26,854 nt of DNA. It comes from Calditrichia bacterium. Its GTDB lineage: Bacteria; Calditrichota; Calditrichia; RBG-13-44-9. The notes below the pieces were generated by a model. That model was given only the letters and a program-made list of their open reading frames with translations, searched no databases and was not told the origin of the DNA. Positions 24,914 to 26,854 of the stretch are shown in pieces. Each line of letters opens with the position of its first letter. Position 1 is the stretch's first letter. The DNA lies in the NCBI GenBank assembly GCA_037381445.1, contig JARRQT010000040.1, forward strand, positions 1 to 26,854, given 5' to 3'. A program made the translations under genes and the position numbers.

Positions 24914-26854
24914 TTACCAGGCTGTCTTCTTCGATAGCAGACCATAGGCAATCCCGTAAAGCGCCGCGCCGATCAGCAGCGCCGGGGCGAATCCCCAGCC
25001 GAACGCCACCAGCACAATGGCGGTGGAGCCCAGCACCGAGGCGGCACCGTTCACGGCGAATCCCCAATCGATGAGTTCGCCCACTTTCAGGGCCCCTTTG
25101 GGGAACGGCATTCCCATGAAGAATCCCAGCGGGAAAATCAGGGCGGCGCCGGTAAGGATGCGCGGCAGCAGCGACAGGGTTCTCAAGGAATCGGTCACGG
25201 CTCCGAACAGGAAAATATCCAGCAGCAGCCAGAGAATGATGCCGGCGAATGCCCACCGGGCCGGCACTTTGTCCGAGAAACGGCTGCCGATTCCCGAGGC
25301 CAGCAGCAGGGTGAGCAGCACGGTGACGATGCTGTACACTGAGGGACCGATGAAAAGCGAATATTTCTGGATCAGGATGATTTCCACAATCATAAATGCC
25401 ATCCCGATGGTGAAAAAATACAGCCAGGGGACCGGTTTCAGTTTTTTCTCGCTGAAAAAATAGGGGATGAGATTCAGCGGGATAATCAGCACCAGCACCA
25501 CCAAGAGCACAATCACGATAATAATTTTGGAGAGGGGGAAGCCGAACAGGTCGCTGTGCGGCATCAGTTTCTCCATTTTGCTGACGGTTATGTTCCGCCA
25601 CAAACCCATCTGGGCGATGAAGGGCCGGTTGTCGGTGCAGGGGGAGATATCGGTCCTGGCGGAGTCGGATGCCGCGCGCCAGCCGTTTTCCACGATGCGG
25701 TCTATCAGGTTTCCCTTCAGCGAATCCTCCGGAGGGTAAAGGACCTGAAAATAGGAGCCTTTCAGGGTTTTTTCGCCGGTCAGGGCATGGTTGATGATCT
25801 CATCGGTCAGGGGACGTTTGGAGAACAGCAGAATATTCCGCCTGGCCTGCGGCCAGTCATAGACGGCGAAATGGGATGTCACATCCCGCACGTTGCAGCG
25901 CTCCAGGGCATCCATCACCTCACTGACGATTCGCGGCATATACACCTGGTGTTCCATGATCAGGTAACCATTGTCGGTCAGCGCGTTCCAGTAATCGCAG
26001 AACGCTTCGGTGGTAAAAATATAGTTTTCCGCCAGCGCGAATGCCCCGGAGGCCAGGGCGGAAAAGGTATTGGAGCTGGAGGAGTAAATGATGTCGAAAT
26101 TATTCTGAAAACGCCGCACGTAGGAACGGGCGTCTTCGGTGACCACTATGGCGCGGGGATCCCGGTAAATATAACCGGAGAACTTTGCCAGCGGGCCGTC
26201 CAGCAGCATTTCATTGATATGGGGAATGACCTCCACCGCGTGTACCTCGGCCACATTGGACTCCTGCAGCGGCTGCAGCGCATCCCCCCCGCCGCCCGCG
26301 CCAATCACCAGGTAGCGGCAGGAATCGAACTGGTGGATCAGGCGGGTAGTATTAATGGCGAAATCCATTTTGAGGGAATCCGGTTTATTCAGATCGCCGT
26401 CGAACTTCAGGGCCGCGGTGCGGGCCAGATTGTCGATATTGATCATCTGGTATGTTTCAGTGGGTTCATAGAGCTTCACTTTTGCCACCGCGTCCCAGTG
26501 CTGCTCCACGATGGGACCCGGCTCTTTGCGCTCCGCTTTCAGCAGGGATTCGGCGCGTCCCATCAGAAATACCATGGCGATGAGCAAGCCGACCGGCAGC
26601 AGTCTCCGCCATCTGGCGCTCAGCAAAAAGGCGGCGAGAATGACCGGCAGGGCAATCAGAAAAGTGGTTTGCGGAGTGCCGAGGCTGTTCATCAGCAAAA
26701 TGGAAAGCACTACACCCAGGCCGGCGCCCAGCAGGTCAGCCATGTAAAGTTTGGGCATTTCCCGGCTGTTGTTGCGGAAAAGGTAAGCCAGCGCAACGCC
26801 GCCGGTGAAATAGGCGGCACTGAGCAGCAGCACCATCACCAGCAGTTTCCCGAT
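24914..26854 (-). CDS. Integral membrane protein with spermidine-synthase-like SAM-binding domain, 5' end outside window
   Basis: TM block with LYMADLLGAGLG, SAM motif LVIGAGGGGD, AVEV.P, EDARSY, ENYIFTTEAF, TDNRPF, and second TM block with GFFMGMPFP and WGFAVNGAASVLGS. Confidence 0.88.
   Translation of the reverse strand: MGKLLVMVLLLSAAYFTGGVALAYLFRNNSREMPKLYMADLLGAGLGVVLSILLMNSLGTPQTTFLIALPVILAAFLLSARWRRLLPVGLLIAMVFLMGRAESLLKAERKEPGPIVEQHWDAVAKVKLYEPTETYQMINIDNLARTAALKFDGDLNKPDSLKMDFAINTTRLIHQFDSCRYLVIGAGGGGDALQPLQESNVAEVHAVEVIPHINEMLLDGPLAKFSGYIYRDPRAIVVTEDARSYVRRFQNNFDIIYSSSSNTFSALASGAFALAENYIFTTEAFCDYWNALTDNGYLIMEHQVYMPRIVSEVMDALERCNVRDVTSHFAVYDWPQARRNILLFSKRPLTDEIINHALTGEKTLKGSYFQVLYPPEDSLKGNLIDRIVENGWRAASDSARTDISPCTDNRPFIAQMGLWRNITVSKMEKLMPHSDLFGFPLSKIIIVIVLLVVLVLIIPLNLIPYFFSEKKLKPVPWLYFFTIGMAFMIVEIILIQKYSLFIGPSVYSIVTVLLTLLLASGIGSRFSDKVPARWAFAGIILWLLLDIFLFGAVTDSLRTLSLLPRILTGAALIFPLGFFMGMPFPKGALKVGELIDWGFAVNGAASVLGSTAIVLVAFGWGFAPALLIGAALYGIAYGLLSKKTAW

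Noticed and set aside
24705..25601. 298-aa alternative-frame ORF
   Set aside because: Mostly overlaps the spermidine-synthase-like gene on the same strand; off-frame composition.

Overview
Bacterial chromosomal window, mostly protein-coding. Protein repertoire suggests a Calditrichota/KSB1-like diderm lineage (inference only). Left part: partial D-2-hydroxyacid dehydrogenase, RNase Z-like metallo-hydrolase, and a 491-aa two-TM protein of unknown function. Next is a minus-strand run (TPR protein, metX, GNAT, MocR/GntR regulator, radical SAM, secreted HEAT-like protein). This is followed by a beta-propeller/Y_Y_Y/PP2C sensor phosphatase, an MFS transporter, a Tat-signal aldo-keto reductase with an Fe-S tail coupled to a DUF6599-like protein, and a transglutaminase-like/PAP2 pair. 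About 20.8-24.9 kb is a visibly AT-richer accessory stretch with exported/outer-membrane orphans, a palindromic REP-like element, an IS3-like end remnant and sigma54-like promoter elements. The window ends in a partial spermidine-synthase-like membrane protein. No rRNA, tRNA, CRISPR array, integrase or intact transposase was seen. The best leads are a C-terminal beta-hairpin/Phe motif shared by two unrelated exported proteins, the Tat-AKR-FeS/DUF6599 module, a possible in-frame deletion beside a catalytic Cys, and a translationally coupled uORF.
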